Below, one piece after another: positions 1-13,516 of a stretch of DNA of 64,000 nt (position 1 is the first letter of the stretch; every line of letters begins with the position of its first letter). This DNA comes from Dipteris shenzhenensis (lineage: Eukaryota). Position numbers and translations under genes: made by a program. The stretch lies in the NCBI GenBank assembly GCA_047967505.1, contig CM106538.1; one strand, 5' to 3'. A model generated the notes under the pieces. That model worked only from the letters and a program-made list of their open reading frames with translations, had not been told where the DNA came from and did no database searches.

Positions 1-848
1 ATTGCTTCGACCTAAGCTGCTGCTCCTCCCCGCTCCCTTGCTGCCCCCTCTCCCTCAGCCCCTCCCTCCCTCTCTCCCTTGCCCTCAGTCCTTCCCCCTC
101 CCCCTCCCTCAGCCCCTCCCTCCCTTCTCCTCCTCTCCCTCTCAGCCCGCCCCCTTCCCTTCCTCTCAGCCTGCGCCGCCGCCCCCTCCCTCCCTCTCCT
201 CTCCCTCCTCTCCCTCTCAGAGTTCTTGTATGCAGAGTTCTTGATGTCCCATGGGCCCATTTTGGCCTCTAGTGGACAATAATACACTTTCTTTCTTTCT
301 TTCTCCTCCTCTCCCTCTCAGCTTGCGCCGCCCCCTCCCTTCCTCTCAGCCCGCCCCCTCCCTGCCTCTCAGCCCGCCCCCTCCCTGCCTCTCCTTCCTC
401 TCCCTCTCCTCTCCCTCTCAGCCTACGCCGCCCCCTCCCTTCGTCTCAGACCGCCCCCTCCCTGCCTCTCCTTCCTCTCCCTCTCCTCTCCCTCTCAACC
501 TGCGCCGCCGCCCCCTCCCTCCCTCTCCTCTCCCTTCTCTCCCTCTCCTCTCAGCCCGCCCTCTCCTTGCCTCACCGCCCGCCCCCTCCCTGCCCCTCCT
601 TCCTCTCCCTCTCCTCTCCCTAGCTATGCACTCCCTCCCTCTCAACCTACCCCCTCCCCTTCAGCCTCTCAACCTCTCCCCTCTGCCCCTCCCCTCCTCG
701 CCCCCTACCCCCGCTCCCTCCTCACCTCCTATCCATGTTCTCTACCCGCCTACCCCCGCCTTTTTCCTTTCTCCTCCTCCCACAGCATTTTTTGGAGTGG
801 AAGGAGCCCCCAAATTTGTCAGAGTCATCCTTCTCACCTCGATTGGCG

Positions 849-2405
849 ATGGATATTCCGTCAACCAATCCTACTCCACCTCCACCAGCCGTGAAAACTA
901 TTACTTTTTCTACAAACGAGTTGCAGCAGCTCAAGAAGGATGTAGAGATTGAATGCTCTACCATGTTGCTAGCACGCATCTTTGGATCTCACCCCTCCAA
1001 ATCCCAAGCCAGAGACTGGATGCTTGCGGCTCTCCCCCCAGACCTCACTCCACGATTGGTAGATGTTCGTCTTCTGGGACGAGGTTTTTTCCAGGTTGTT
1101 TTTGACACTCCAGAGGCTGCGAGCACTGTGCTCAAAGCTGAGTTTTTACACCTGGGACACAGGAAGATCTTCTTTGACGCCTTTGATATTAGTTTTGACC
1201 CAGTGGAGGCAGATAAGGAAATCTTTTCGCTCTTCATCAGATTTCCCGAGCTTCCCCAAGTTTACCATCGACTTCTTTCTGTTATTGGGGAGCATTTTGG
1301 CGCGGTTGCTGAGATCCCACCCCTCCCTGGGTTGCCATTGACTACAGCAGAGGCAACCAAGGCTGATGGGGTACCTAGAGTTAGGGTCCTTTGTAAGGAT
1401 CCTAACCTCAAGGTGGACCATGTTATGATCCAACGCCCGGATGGTTCCTTTTTTCGCCAGAGAGTAGAGATTTCAGGCAAACAGGACCAATGCAGGATAT
1501 GTAGGACCATTGGACACTTTGCCAAGGATTGCCCCACGAAGAAGAAAAGGCCCAAGAAGCCCTTTGGTACAGCTACCGCCCCATGGCCTCGACAGGGGGG
1601 TGGTACAAGTCCAGCACTTGCTCCTCGGCCTCAACAAAGGGGTGGTACAGGTCCAACACCTGCTCCTCGACCTCCGCATGGCGGTCCTCCTCAGGATGGT
1701 GGTGGGTACAAGTCCAGCACCTGCTCCTCGGCCTCGACAGGGGGGTGGTACAGGTCCATCACCTACTCCTCGACCTCCACCTACCTCAGGGGCACGCGAC
1801 GCATTCCAGTGGATTCCGGCTCGTGTGCAGATCCCTCCTTCAGTTCACGAGGGTATACTAGTGGACTCTGCTTCACCTCGAGCTGTCTCTCCAGTCTCAC
1901 CTCACACAGTCCAAGACACTGAAGCTTCGACCTCCTCCTCGGTTATAGCTTCTTCCCTAGAACCAGTGGTGCCAGACACTCCTTGAGGCAGTAGAGGTCT
2001 CTGCTGCTAGGCAGACACAGGATCGAGAGCAGTCCTCACTTCTTCCCTTGGATAGGGGGAAGGGAATGGTTTACACTATTGATCCTCTTCCCTTAGACGG
2101 GATCCTTCGCACTTCGGTGTCTGGCTTGCTTCACAGGAACTCATTTTCAGCCCTGGCAGATGATTCAGATTTCCCAGAGGAGAAGTTTGTGCCCGCTACT
2201 TTTGGTGAGCCAGTGACTGGGTTTCCTGTTGACAGGGCTTCCTCTTCAAGTGGCAGGGTTCTTTCCCCTGTTGATGATTTTCCGCCACTTGGTTCCATTC
2301 CTCAGTCCTCGGAGCAAGAGGTCTTCCCCTATTGAGAGGTTTGAGAGGTTTGTTTCCGCCACTAGGTCGGGTAAGGTGTTCCACTCTACATCCTCCCGTC
2401 GATGA
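849..2405 (+). pseudogene. LINE ORF1 (DUF4283/RRM-like + CCHC zinc knuckle), frameshifted
   Basis: MDIPSTNP...LLGRGFFQVVF...CRICRTIGHFAKDC. Frame lost in the Gly/Pro repeat region near 1700. Homologous to 20628-22169. Confidence 0.9.
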
Positions 2406-5400
2406 GGATTATTAGTTGGAACATACAGGGCCTAGGTGGCATCCCACATCGCCGCCGTAGACAGTTGGTCCGGGATCAACTTCATCCAGGTGTAGCTCAA
2501 TGGATTATTCTTTTGGTTGGAGGGCGTAAGGTTGGTTTCCTTAACCTGTATGCCTCCAACACTAGAGGGGAACATGTCCTTATGTAGAAGGATTTGCTCT
2601 CCTGGGCCCCCATTGCGGATTCATGGGTTCAGTTACCGTCAGACAAAAAAGGGGGCAGAGAAGGAGGACTTCACTCTTTGGAGAGAGCAACTTGGGATGC
2701 CTTCCTTTTTCACTTCTGTGGCAGAGATACTTGGTTGGACGATGCCTTTCTTATTCAGCCACAGTCCCTCCTGTTCTCTTGGTCGAACAGGAGGCAACAG
2801 ATGCCTATTCATGCACGCATTGACAGATTCTATGTAGATGATTGGGCACTAGACAGAGGTGGATCGGTATGCATTGCTGCTGGGGTTTTCACTTCACACC
2901 ACTTTCCTGTTGTGCTGGCTATCTCAGAGCCTCACTTCAGAGGCCGGTCTGCCAGCATCAGGATTCCAGATGCCTTGTACACAGAGGAGGACCTCACAAA
3001 GGCAGCCCTGCAGATATGGGTTTCTCATGTGCAAGGTGGGCAGCCATATCCATCACATGTAGCTGCTGCCCTTTCTGGTATTAGCGACTTCTACCTCTCA
3101 CTTGCTTGTATCAAAAGACGAGATATTCTCAGATGTGAGATTGGTGTTCGCCAGCAATGGGCAACTTTGCAGAGGGAAGAGCAGAAACGGCCTTCGGATG
3201 CTTGGATTCAGGAGCGCCTTGCTGCAGCAAGGGCTCATCAGTAGATATTGCTTGATCAAAGAGCAGAGTATGCCTTTCATGCACGGGAGTCCTTCTGGAT
3301 TCAGATGGGTGGTAGAGTCAATAAACACTTTTTTCTCTACTCTTGGCCCTAGACATAGTAGAAAGAGTGTATCCCAGCTTATTGACTCACATGGGGTTTT
3401 ACACACACAGCCTGATGATGTCTTACGCATAGCTTCAGATTTTTATTCCACCCTTCTTACTGCTGATCCTGAGACACAGGATAGAGAGGTTGCTAGGCAG
3501 GCTATTTGGCAGAGCATCCCTTTGTTGGTGAGTCCGGAAATGCATGTTTTGCTCGATGCACCTTTCACCAACACAAAGGGGGGATATGATTGGAGACTAC
3601 ATTACTTCAGCCCTGCATGCCATTTGGGACTCTAGTGAGATGCCTGCGTCGCTTACAGAGGGTCTCATCCACCTTATCCCGAAAGGAGGTTGCAGAAATT
3701 TAGTGTCCCAGTGGAGGCCTATCACACTTCTGGGGACTTGTTACAAGATTCTGGCCAAGGCAATCAGCCTCCGATTGCAACCCCTTCTCCCTGATCTTAT
3801 TCATGATACTCAGACGGGATTTGTGCATGGCAGAAGCATTTTTTATAACATTTTCTCTTTCTGGGAAGCTTCAGAGTAGGCCATGCAGAGTGGCCAGAAT
3901 CTAGCCATTCTACTTTTAGATTTTGAGAAAGCTTATGACAGAGTAGATTGGGGTTTTTTGGAGGACACCCTTCTACATTTTGGCTTTACTGATGCTTGGA
4001 TCAGAGGTGTTTCCTCTTTGTACAGATCAGCCCACAGCCAGGTACTTATTGGTGGGGTAAGGGGTGAGAGATTTCAGATTTCGAGATCAGTCCGTCAAGG
4101 ATGTCCCCTTGCTCCTTTCCTTTTTTTGTTCATGGCCGAAGCTATGAGTATCTATGTTAGACCTCAAGCTGACATCTTTGGGCTGAAACTTCCCATCAGA
4201 AGGGAAGAGGAGCTACTTGAAAGTGAGTTGGCAGATGACACAGCAGTTTACTTGGATGCCACTCCACAGACGCTCGCTTCTTTCAGGAAAGCATTGGATT
4301 TATTTTGCTTGGCGGCAGGGGCGCACATAAATTGGCATAAATCCAATGGCTTTTGGATCAGTGATGAGGACACTCCAGTTTGGGGGCTTGACATAGGATT
4401 CACTTGGGTTCAGAGGGGTGTGCTTGTCAGGTATTTGGGCTGCCAGGCCGGCATGGATATTTCTTCCATGCAGCAGTTTGCTCCCGTGTTGGAGAGCATC
4501 AGGAGGAAGCTCCTTTTCTGGAGCTCAGCCAAGCTGGATCTTGCCTCTAGAGTTGTGGTGGTCAACCAGGTCCTCTTGGCCACGGCCTGGTTTGTTTGTT
4601 CATGCTGGTGCCGTTCTAGGGACTGCATCATTCAGCTCAGGAGACCGATCAGAAACTTTCTTTGGAGTGGGCTTGATGGCACAGCAGATGCCTTAGCCAA
4701 GGTGGCTTGGGAGACCCTCATCCTCCCTACACATGAAGGGGGTCTCAATATTATTGATCCAGATTTACAGTGCAGGGCTTTACTATGCAAGATGGTGGTG
4801 CGGGGACTTGGGCAAGAACCGTGGAAGGACTTTCTTATTAGCAACATACAAAGGTGCACACCTTCTTCAGGAGGAGATTGGATGAGCAGCATTAGGTGGA
4901 TCTTCACCACAGCACACCTCAGATCACCTTCGTCCCCTCTCATGGTTGCCATTCTGAAAGCTTGGGCCAGTTTCAAGAGCACTCTTCAGAGGATTCCTCC
5001 TTCCTCTCGTGAAGAGATTGATAGGCAACCCATCATGTGGAATGACAGTAATTTAGATGATCATGGCAGACCATTGGGTGCCTCACTCGTGATTTGGTTG
5101 ACATGACATCTCAGAGGGAGTGCAAGGAGGATCTTGCAGATTGAGGCAGCCCTTCCAGAGGTTCGGATAGACACAGATGATATGCCACTCACTAGCTCCA
5201 CTTGGGCAGGTACTTTTATGAGAGGCGGTGTTCCGCTTCACGTTTTGGCCTTTCGAGATGCACAGGAGGATGCTTTAGTTTTTAGTATGCAAGATGGTGG
5301 CAGATTGCTCAGGTCCACAGAGGGCCTCTTGCTTGAGTCTGCTTTTCAGCCTATCAGGGTTGTAGGTCTTTTGGTGCAGGGATCAGATTTGGAGTGGTTC

Positions 5401-6358
5401 CTAGACCCAGAGCCCCGGCTACTCTCCACCGGGTCTTGGAGGCTTTGGCTCTATGGGGAAGTTCCCATCAGGTATTTGCAGTGGGACCCCGGAGAGTGGG
5501 AGTGGATTGACGCAGGGCATCAAGAGAAGAGCATCCCCTTCTTTTGTTACACGGTCAGTAATGCCAAGAGATTTCAGATTAGTAGTAGAGGTTGGAGACC
5601 TTCCAGAGTTCCTCATTGGGGGACATTTGATATCATTGCGGATCTGCAGAGATGCTTCTAGAGGAGACTCTGGAAATCCCACAGGAATAGAAAGATCACT
5701 ATCTTCTTTTGGCTCTCTATCCATGGTGGGATTGCAGTGAACCTTTGGAGATCCAAGTTCGGAGCCGACCCTACTTGCCCTCGTTGCCTCTCTGCTTCAG
5801 AGACATTCAGCATTGCTTATGGGATTGCAGACAAGCCAGGATGATTTGGATAGGGGTAGCCAGGATTTTCAGTCACTTTGCCCACTCCCCATTCTTTATG
5901 ACATGGGGCTCAGTGGCTTGGCTTTCTCTTACAGGGCCTCAGGTATTCTATGAGAGATTGACTCCTCTCGGGCCATTTCGGTTCGACGTCATCAGATTGA
6001 GTCCTGTTCATTGGATGTGGTACCACACCTTCCTTTCACAGCTGTACGTGCCTCTATGGATACTTCTTGGGAGATTCTAGCGAGCATAGCATCCTGGCAT
6101 ATCTGGAGAGCCAGATGCACAGAGGCTTTGGAGGGTACTCAGGTTCATCCCTCGCATACATTAGCTAGTATCTGGACAGAAACCGTACATACTTTGATGG
6201 CTGTATGGACGAGTACGCAAGGAGACTCCTGTGCAGCCTCAGCTAGGAGGGCTTCTTTCTTTAGGGAATGAAAGGATTCTCCTTTCTTCTCTGAGACTGC
6301 TACAAGGTTGAGGTGGAACTTTCAACCTCAGCCTTGGTTGTTTTCCACCTCACTCTGA
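2402..6358 (+). pseudogene. LINE ORF2 (APE endonuclease, RT, zf-RVT), disrupted by stops, frameshifts and deletions
   Basis: MRIISWNIQGL, RIDRF, WRPITLL, LLDFEKAYDRV, RQGCPLAP and ELADD are spread over several ORF fragments. Confidence 0.93.
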
Positions 6359-6456
6359 GGGGATTTTATTTATCCTCATGATTTCATGATGTATTCCGCT
6401 TTAAGCTTGCTCTCGCGGGTTTTTTCTCTTACTTAATAGAAGTCTCTTTCATGAAA

Positions 6457-6478
6457 ATATATATATATATATATATAT
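6457..6478. repeat. (AT)n microsatellite at the LINE A1 3' junction
   Basis: atatatat... directly after catgaaa. Confidence 0.9.
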
Positions 6479-6620
6479 CATCCCGCTTTGGTGTGGTATC
6501 CAAGATATCACTAATATCTAAAGCATAACAATAAGTTAGAGTCTAGACTCGAGATTATTAATTAACATTCAAAATCAAAGAAACAAGATTCGATATTAGG
6601 ATTGTAGGTTTATAAGTTAC

Positions 6621-8197
6621 CATGAAGGACTAATATCCATATCTAGAACGGTGGAGATCTAATCTCTGCAATGGCTTCTTTCATGACGTGATGGAGAAGC
6701 CCTAAAGCCCCCTCCATGTCCGACATGCGTAATACCTTTTACAAGGGTGTAATGGCAATGACAATGGCCTTCACCCCTTGCCAAAAAGACTCTCTCAAGC
6801 AAAGCCGTTGAATGTCTTTGGCATCTTATTGAGTTGCATTGGACTCTCCTTCAAGCCATTCTTTATATTCATCGGACACGATCGTCTTTTGGAGCTTGTT
6901 TTGAACATCATAGAGCCGCTCAAGAAGTAGCCACATAGCAGCAAATCGTGTCTTTGATGGCTGCTTGAGCTCCAAGTCGGAGTAGATACGAAAGATGGCA
7001 AGAAGCTTGTTTTTGGAGTTGATGAAGCTCACAATGGAGCAAGCGTCACTCACAATGGTCTTTACCCAAGGCAATTTACCAGTGTCCTTCATGAGAAGAT
7101 CAAGGCAATGACTAGCACATGGAGTCCACACTGTTGAGGGAAACTCCCCTTCAAGCATGCGACCCATGGACCTACAATTGGAGGCATTGTCCATTACGAC
7201 TTGCACCACATTTGGGGGACCGACCTACATGACAAGTTTCAGCTTGTAAGATTCAAGAAGAAGAAGTAGATTTGCTTATGGAGATCAAAAAATATAAGAA
7301 GCTAGCTGCTACATGACTCTCGAGTCTCAACTTACCTCAAGTATAGCATCCCGAATGTGACGATAGATAAAGGAGGCGGTGGTTTTCCTTCCCTTCTCTC
7401 CCGCATCCACAGCTTGCAAGAAGTATGTGCCAAGAGAGCAAGAGACAAGAATGTTGATGATGCCCCTCTTCTTTCTATCACACCATCCGTCGGAGAGAAT
7501 GGAGCATCCATACTTAGCCCACCCGACACGCACGGGCTCAAGAGATGTGTTGATTCTCTCCCTCTCTTCATCTAGCTTCTTGGTGCGCATGTCGTTGTAG
7601 CATCCCACCCTTCACATGGACCAAATGAGGCTATGGCTTTCACCATTCTTCGCCACCGGTCACATCGAAGCACATGGAAAGAGAGATTGCACTCAATGAC
7701 GGTACGTGCAACCTCAATTCAGCTTGTCTTTGCCACTCCTTCAAGAATGACACTGGACCGGAGAGGCCACCCATGGCTTGGGCAAGAGTGGCTTGCCTCC
7801 TCCTTGGTGCATCACTTGTCTTCATTCTCTTTGATGCCGTACCGAAGGACATAGTAGCCCCAGTGGAGGCAACGGAGACGGATTGAGAGGCCCCATCCTC
7901 CGCTTCGGATGAGGAATTATCCGGGCACACCATCTCGTCTCGTGCCATAGAGGTCTTCTTCCTTCGCTTCAAGGGTAAGTACTTTTGACAACAATCTTGA
8001 AAAATGTCACTGGGAATCCCCGTGCATGGTCCGCATTGCCCACCCAACTTGCACAAATGGATAAGAAGGCCGGTCACACTACTAGTTTGGGCCTTGGGAC
8101 AATACTTGCAACTCCACTTACAAACATTGGACTTCTCTTTCACTCTCTCAAAGTAAGCACAATGCAAGGAAAAGGCCTCATGAATAGTTGGTGCCAT
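6621..8197 (-). pseudogene. hAT transposase (BED zinc finger + DUF659), with intron 7225-7335
   Basis: MAPTIHE...WSCKYC...HL...C (zf-BED); GCSILSDGWCD...IINILV; VVQVVMDNASN; WTPCASHCLDL; SKTRFA. Removing a GT..AG intron (7335-7225) gives ILE-VGPPNVVQ in frame. Frameshifts and stops present; next donor (GTAAC) at 6620. Confidence 0.88.
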
Positions 8198-8207
8198 TGC
8201 GGGCAGC

Positions 8208-8242
<35 letters not shown>

Positions 8243-8339
8243 GAAGGGAGAACGACGAAGAGACTTGAATCTTGATGCTTGGAGAAAGGGATGGAGATGA
8301 AGAGAGAGAGAGATGGAAATGGAGAGGAGCTTGATGGAG

Positions 8340-9185
8340 AAAGAAAGAAACAAAGAAAGAAATTTTATTAGAGTCTTCGGAAGACCGATGGGTCTATGAG
8401 ACTGAAAGAAAACCTGATACAAATCACAGTAAGGGTGGAGCTACTGAAACGAGCATCATCACCCGTGCTGAATCCTAAGTCTAATCATACATAATCAAAT
8501 ACATCTGGATGTAACAATGAAAAGAAACGGACTGGAGCGGAGCGGAATCCTCCGTATGTCATGTCCCCCTGGCTGGTGCATAGCTGGCGATGGGACGTTG
8601 GTGCCCGTCAAGGGGTGCCGTGCGTCTCGGTCTCCTAGACGAGGCTCGGTGCAAGATCAGAGCCACCGTGACTCCCGTGGGACGTATCCCGGGTCTAAAC
8701 AATGACGAGAGGCCCCCCAGAGTGATCTGTGTGTCCCCTCGATGTCTCGTGTGTCGTGCTGCGATTGTCGGGTCGGAGTCTCTGTCACGTCGACGGCTAG
8801 AGACTGGACGATCAATGTCACTTGATGGGAAGAACTCTGTGATCCTGCTCTGAGAGGTGTCTGATGATGTGACCAAGCCCCGTCGCCTGAGTAAGTACTC
8901 TCTATGTCGGATTCCCTCGTGAATGAAGGCCGCGAGGCATCTCTGATCTAGGTAGGCGAGGAATCTCGAAAGGAGCTCGGAGCCGTCTCTGAAGAGGCAA
9001 TGGCAGCGACCTCGGATCTCATAGTACACTTAAAGTGCTCCTCCAACTCAACCTCCTGACAGTCGCACAGTATGCATAAGCGATGCTCCCTAGGAATCCC
9101 CTCTGCTCTGCCGCTCTCTATGCGGAGGCGGTGTGATGATACCCGAAATTGTCCGATGGAGATCCGTAGTGAGTGAGGCATATGA
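8340..9185 (-). mobile_element. 5'-truncated non-LTR retrotransposon, RTE/RTEX-like ORF2 C-terminus with 3' UTR and (TTTC)n tail
   Basis: FRVSSHRLRIESGR..IPREHRLCILC...EEHF..C..YYEIR is a C-terminal CCHC motif unlike the L1 families here. Ends AATAAA + TTTCTTTCTTTGTTTC. Interrupts the GA-rich repeat on both sides. Clade assignment is from motif recall only. Confidence 0.75.
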
Positions 9186-9860
9186 AGGGAGGAAGAGGGA
9201 GAGGGAGGAAGAGGGAGAGGGAGAGGGAGAGGGAGAGGGAGAGGGAGGGGCCCAAGGGAGATGGAGAGGAGCTTGATGGAGAGGGAGAGAGAGAGAGATG
9301 GAGAGGGAGCTTGATGATGAGGCCCAAGGGAGATGGAGAGGAGCTTGACGGAGAGGGAGAGAGAGAGAGATGGAGAGGGAGATTGGTGGAGATGCCCAAG
9401 GGAGATGCAAAGGCCCAAGGGGGATGGAGAGAAGCTTGATGGAGGGGGAGATGGAGATGGAGGGGGAGCTTGATGGAGAGGGAGAGGGGGATCGAGATGG
9501 AGAGAGAGCTTGATGGAGAGGCCCAAGGAGATGGAGAGAGAGCTTGATGGAGAGAGAGAGAGAGAGAGCTTGAAGAAGAGGGAGCTTGATGGAGATGGAG
9601 ATTAATGAAGATGGAGAAGTGATGGAGAAAGGGGAGCTTGATGGAGAGGGAGGCAGAGCTTGATGGAGAGGGAGGGGGAGAGGCAGAGAAAGAGGGAGAT
9701 GGAGATGGAGATGGAGATGGAGATGGAGATGGAGATGGAGATGGAGAGGAGAGAGGGAGAGGGAGAGGGAGAGGGAGAGGAGGTGGGCAGCGGGCTGCTT
9801 GATGGCTAGGGAGATGGAGAGGCAAGAGTGCTTGGGGGAGAGGGGGAGGGGTAAGAGGGG
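9185..9860. repeat. GA-rich compound minisatellite (GGAGCTTGATGGAGAG, GCCCAAGGGAGATGG, (GATGGA)n, (GAGAGG)n) in the hAT 5' region
   Basis: Repeated units visible directly. The same unit recurs at 8320-8340, on the other side of the RTE-like insertion. Confidence 0.9.
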
Positions 9861-10016
9861 TATATATGCAGGGTTGGAGGACAGGCTGGCCCAAACAGTC
9901 AAAAACGGGCAGAAAACAATCAAAAAATGGTCAAAAAACGAAAACCCTAATCGATCGAAAACCTAAAAAACAAGCGACCGTACGGAACAGTACGGAACGA
10001 AACGTAGGCAACCCTG

Positions 10017-10240
10017 GGCCACTTTGGTGAAGATATCCACCACATTGTCCTCAAATGGACAATAGATGAGATCAATAAAGCCATTTGAAATACAATCCCG
10101 TACATAATGATAATGATTTTCAATGTGTTTCATGGGGGCATGAAAGACAGGATTGTTGGCTATGGCGATGCAACTCTGGCTGTCACAGAAGATAGAGTTT
10201 GCTTCGCCATCCTGTGCATGATGCAAGTCATGCAAAAGCG
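10017..10240 (-). pseudogene. Ty1/copia RNase H remnant
   Basis: IFCDSQSCIAIANNPVFHAPMKHIENHYHYVRD...DNVVDIFTK. Confidence 0.9.
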
Positions 10241-11703
10241 ACAAATGGAGCAGATTACCCATGGAGGCAGAGGCGAGACTTGGCGCCGTAGCGCATCTAC
10301 GAGGGGCAAGGCAGCGGATGAGAGAGATTGACCTAGCCATCCCTGAGTCGTCCTGATGGGAGGGACTTCACAGGTGGAGGGACAACACTTAGTTGGGGAA
10401 GTTTTCTCGGACTGGTGTCCCTTTGAGGATGATGATGACACGCACCCCGGCTTCTACCATGTCAAATCGGGAGGCATACTCCATCCGCTCACAGAGAGGG
10501 ACCCGGAGATGGATGGGAGTCTTGATGGGATTCACCTACAGATGATCAAAGTGGTGGGACATTTGGGGAAGGATTGGCACATCGACCCTCTCAGTATTTC
10601 AAAGCAGGATGCCCCCAAATGGCATCTCTGGCTGTGGGAGGATAGACCCTTGAGGGAGGTCCAGTGGAATCCAATAGAGTGGTTCTGACCCTCCAGGGGT
10701 GGCCTTGCCGAGCAAATGGATGAGATGCCCTTCCTTTCATATACCACACAGATTGGCAAGAGGCTTCAGATGGACTCTTCGAGATGGACCCCTCGAGGGA
10801 GCGACATTGGGTGACCCACAGAGTGCCCCAGGATGTCCGTTCTAGGTTTTGGACACGGCTATGGTCCAGTTTGCGGCCGAGGAAGATATCCTACTTCTTC
10901 TGGCTGGCCGCCCGGCTTACCCATCGGACCGTGGTTGGAGCAGATGCGAGTGGAGGGGCAGTGCCACTATTGCTCTCGTGGTTTCCTGGAGACGATTCCG
11001 CACTACTCGTGGAGCTGTCGCAGAGCAGTGAGGATCTGGATGGGAGCCCTCCGGATCATGAAACGCATGCAGAGCCTCCACAGGGACTACACCTAGGGGA
11101 TGGTGGCCTGGTTGACGGAGAGAGGACACACGTTCCAGATTGATGAGGTCTCCCCAGCCTACCAGATACAAGGTCAAGCATACAGAGGATAGCGCTCCAT
11201 GAGGCAGTCCCTCCGGATAGCCTAGCTCCCCTCTCTCCTTCGGAGGACAACGTTTGGGAGGTGGTAGCCAGCATCACTACCTGGAACATCTGGGTGGCTC
11301 GTTGCAGTCTTGTGATGGGTGAGCACTAAGTTCCACCCTCGACTACCATGGTCGCCATCTGGCAGGATATCATCTATACTCTACTCTCCACCTAGAAGCA
11401 TGGGACTCCAGGCTCTAGAGCGACTATTGAGCAGCGAGCTCGTTTTTGCAAGGCTTGGCCTGCAAGAGTCTTCTATATCGTCACTCCACAAGGGATTCGC
11501 TGGTTGTATAGTCCCCCCACTTGGCTATTAGCCCCAATATTAGAGATTCCCTAGGCAATGAGCTGGGTTTCTCTGAAACATGCCCGTTTTTTTCTTTCAG
11601 CCTTTTCCTGGTTTTTCTCGATACTCAGCACCTTCAGGGCTGCTGTTTTGTATGAAGTTTTTCAAGCATTAATAAAAGATTCCTTTCTTTGAAAAGAAAA
11701 AAA
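10240..11703 (+). mobile_element. 5'-truncated L1 LINE, divergent relative of family A
   Basis: WHLWLWEDRPLREVQWNPIEW and CHYC...ETIPHYSWSC (zf-RVT) parallel the family A C-terminus. AATAAA at ~11671 and an A-rich tail. Confidence 0.8.
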
Positions 11704-11849
11704 CAAAGTTAAGTAACTTTGACCAATAGAAAATAACTCTTTGACCATAATTAAATAAATGGAGAACTCTATAATTATGATCAAATAAATGGTCAACTAA
11801 AACTTTGACTTGGAGTATTTACAACTTGGTGACACTTTGTCCACATGTT

Positions 11850-13477
11850 TCTAACCCAACCTTTGAAAAAAAATTGCTCGAGGTCGAAGGCCATGCACAT
11901 AGCCGACAATTGTGTTTGCTCTTAGCGTCTCGTTGGGTAACCCCGAATGTACTTTCACACTAGGAATCTTCCCTAAAAGGTATCCCCCATCCAGTCGAAG
12001 AGCCCCTTGGCTTGTCTCGTACGGTCGACGTTCTTCCTAAGCATCCGCATGCGCTTGGGATGTAGCTTTATTGAAGAACTTTTTGGCACTACGGCTGAGC
12101 GGCTCCCATGAGGATAGTTTCAAGACAGTTGGTGCTTTGAAGAAGCTCCTTGAGCCACCTTCCTACGACGTAGGAGAATTTACTTTGCACTTCGTGCATG
12201 GGCTTGGCTCCTGTTTCATTGGCTAGGGCCCACTGCACAACATTTTCTTTCGGCTTCTGAGCTCCCTTTTGGGAGGGAGTTCGACCTATGGGCTTCTAGT
12301 TCTGCCATTATCAAGCTTTTGGCTCGACTCTACACGTCTTCGACTCGATTCTACAGATCCACCGAGCTCAACAAGAAAGCGTCTAACTACATCAAACTAT
12401 TTGGGAGTCATGTAACATACCCTTTTCTTCTAAGTGCAGGGTAAAGCTAGGGTAGGAGAGAAATTGGCCAAGAATGTCTGTCTCATCCCAGCCCTGCATA
12501 TCCACATCCTGGCAATGATTTCCTAAATCTTTCGACACAGCCGCCACCTGTGCCACAAATCTATGACAGCCCCTTCTCGACATGTCACGAGCCCGTCACC
12601 TCAACAATTGAGGTGCCGTTTCCCTTATCCCCTCTGTCACTAGAAGAGGCCATCTCAACTTCCTCAGCCATCAATCTTTACTTGATAAGGAGGAACCCGT
12701 GAACATCATTTCAATCTAGAAGCATCAGCTAACCTATCTCGCTTTCTTCGATTTGCTCATTTGCTCCTCAACTCTGCTGCTGTTGTGTTTCCTCCTTTGG
12801 CACACCATGCTAACCTATCTCACTTTCTTCAATTACAAACTTGCTTTTCACAAACTTTTACTTTCAAACGCGCAAAAAACTTTGCTCTAATACCAATATT
12901 TATATCCAGGACTTCCAGCATAATGGGCCAGCTTTTATGCATCCACTAAGCACTCTTCTAAGCACTGATATTGCATTCAAAGTATGCTAAAACTCACCTA
13001 AGGATCACTTACATCAAGGCAAATTCATTTGCCAACATACCCCTCTAAACTCTTCTGTTCACTGCAAACAGCCTGAAATAGAAAAACATGCATAACTCTG
13101 CTATAAAGGCTTCAAAAGCAGCAAAACTTTGTAGGATTATATCTCTATATGAGATGCTTCCACATACCAAAGCATGTATCCAAACTCCTTCCACATTTGG
13201 AGTTATCAGCACTAGTTGTTGACAGCCCAGACAGTTTGCAAGTGTAAGTTGTCACACACCTTGTATCCAATTGCTACAAAACTTTGTGAGCATGGTCACC
13301 CTATCAAGGGTTTCACAAAATTCTTATCTGGTCAAAAGTTATAGGCACTCTGAGATTTATGGCTGTAGGGGTTTGAACGCTCATATCTTTCAAGGTCCAC
13401 CACCATTTGTGCTCAAACTTCCTCCAGAGCTTAGCTTTGGCAAAGGATTTAAGGAAACACTTCGGGTTCGGGAGACC

Positions 13478-13516
<39 letters not shown>

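Larger units (their letters stand above)
15..6457 (+). mobile_element. L1-clade LINE family A, full-length but decayed copy (A1)
   Basis: Starts with AGCTGCTGCTCCTCCCCG, as do the copies at 19986 and 63612. C/T-rich 5' UTR, ORF1, broken ORF2 and 3' UTR are collinear with the intact copy at 19976-26623. Short A tail runs into (AT)n. Confidence 0.95.
6480..10016 (-). mobile_element. hAT DNA transposon, 5' portion (3' portion displaced leftwards by LINE A1)
   Basis: Minus strand begins CAGGGTTGCC at 10016 (hAT-like TIR start) abutting a copia fragment. Subterminal GTACGGAAC repeats; transposase remnant downstream. Second TIR is not in the window. Confidence 0.75.

Noticed and set aside
2-952. 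Pro/Leu/Ser-rich and Gly/Arg/Glu-rich ORFs (also 9090-9923, 19883-20534)
   Set aside because: Stop-poor translations of C-rich or GA-rich low-complexity tracts, not genes.
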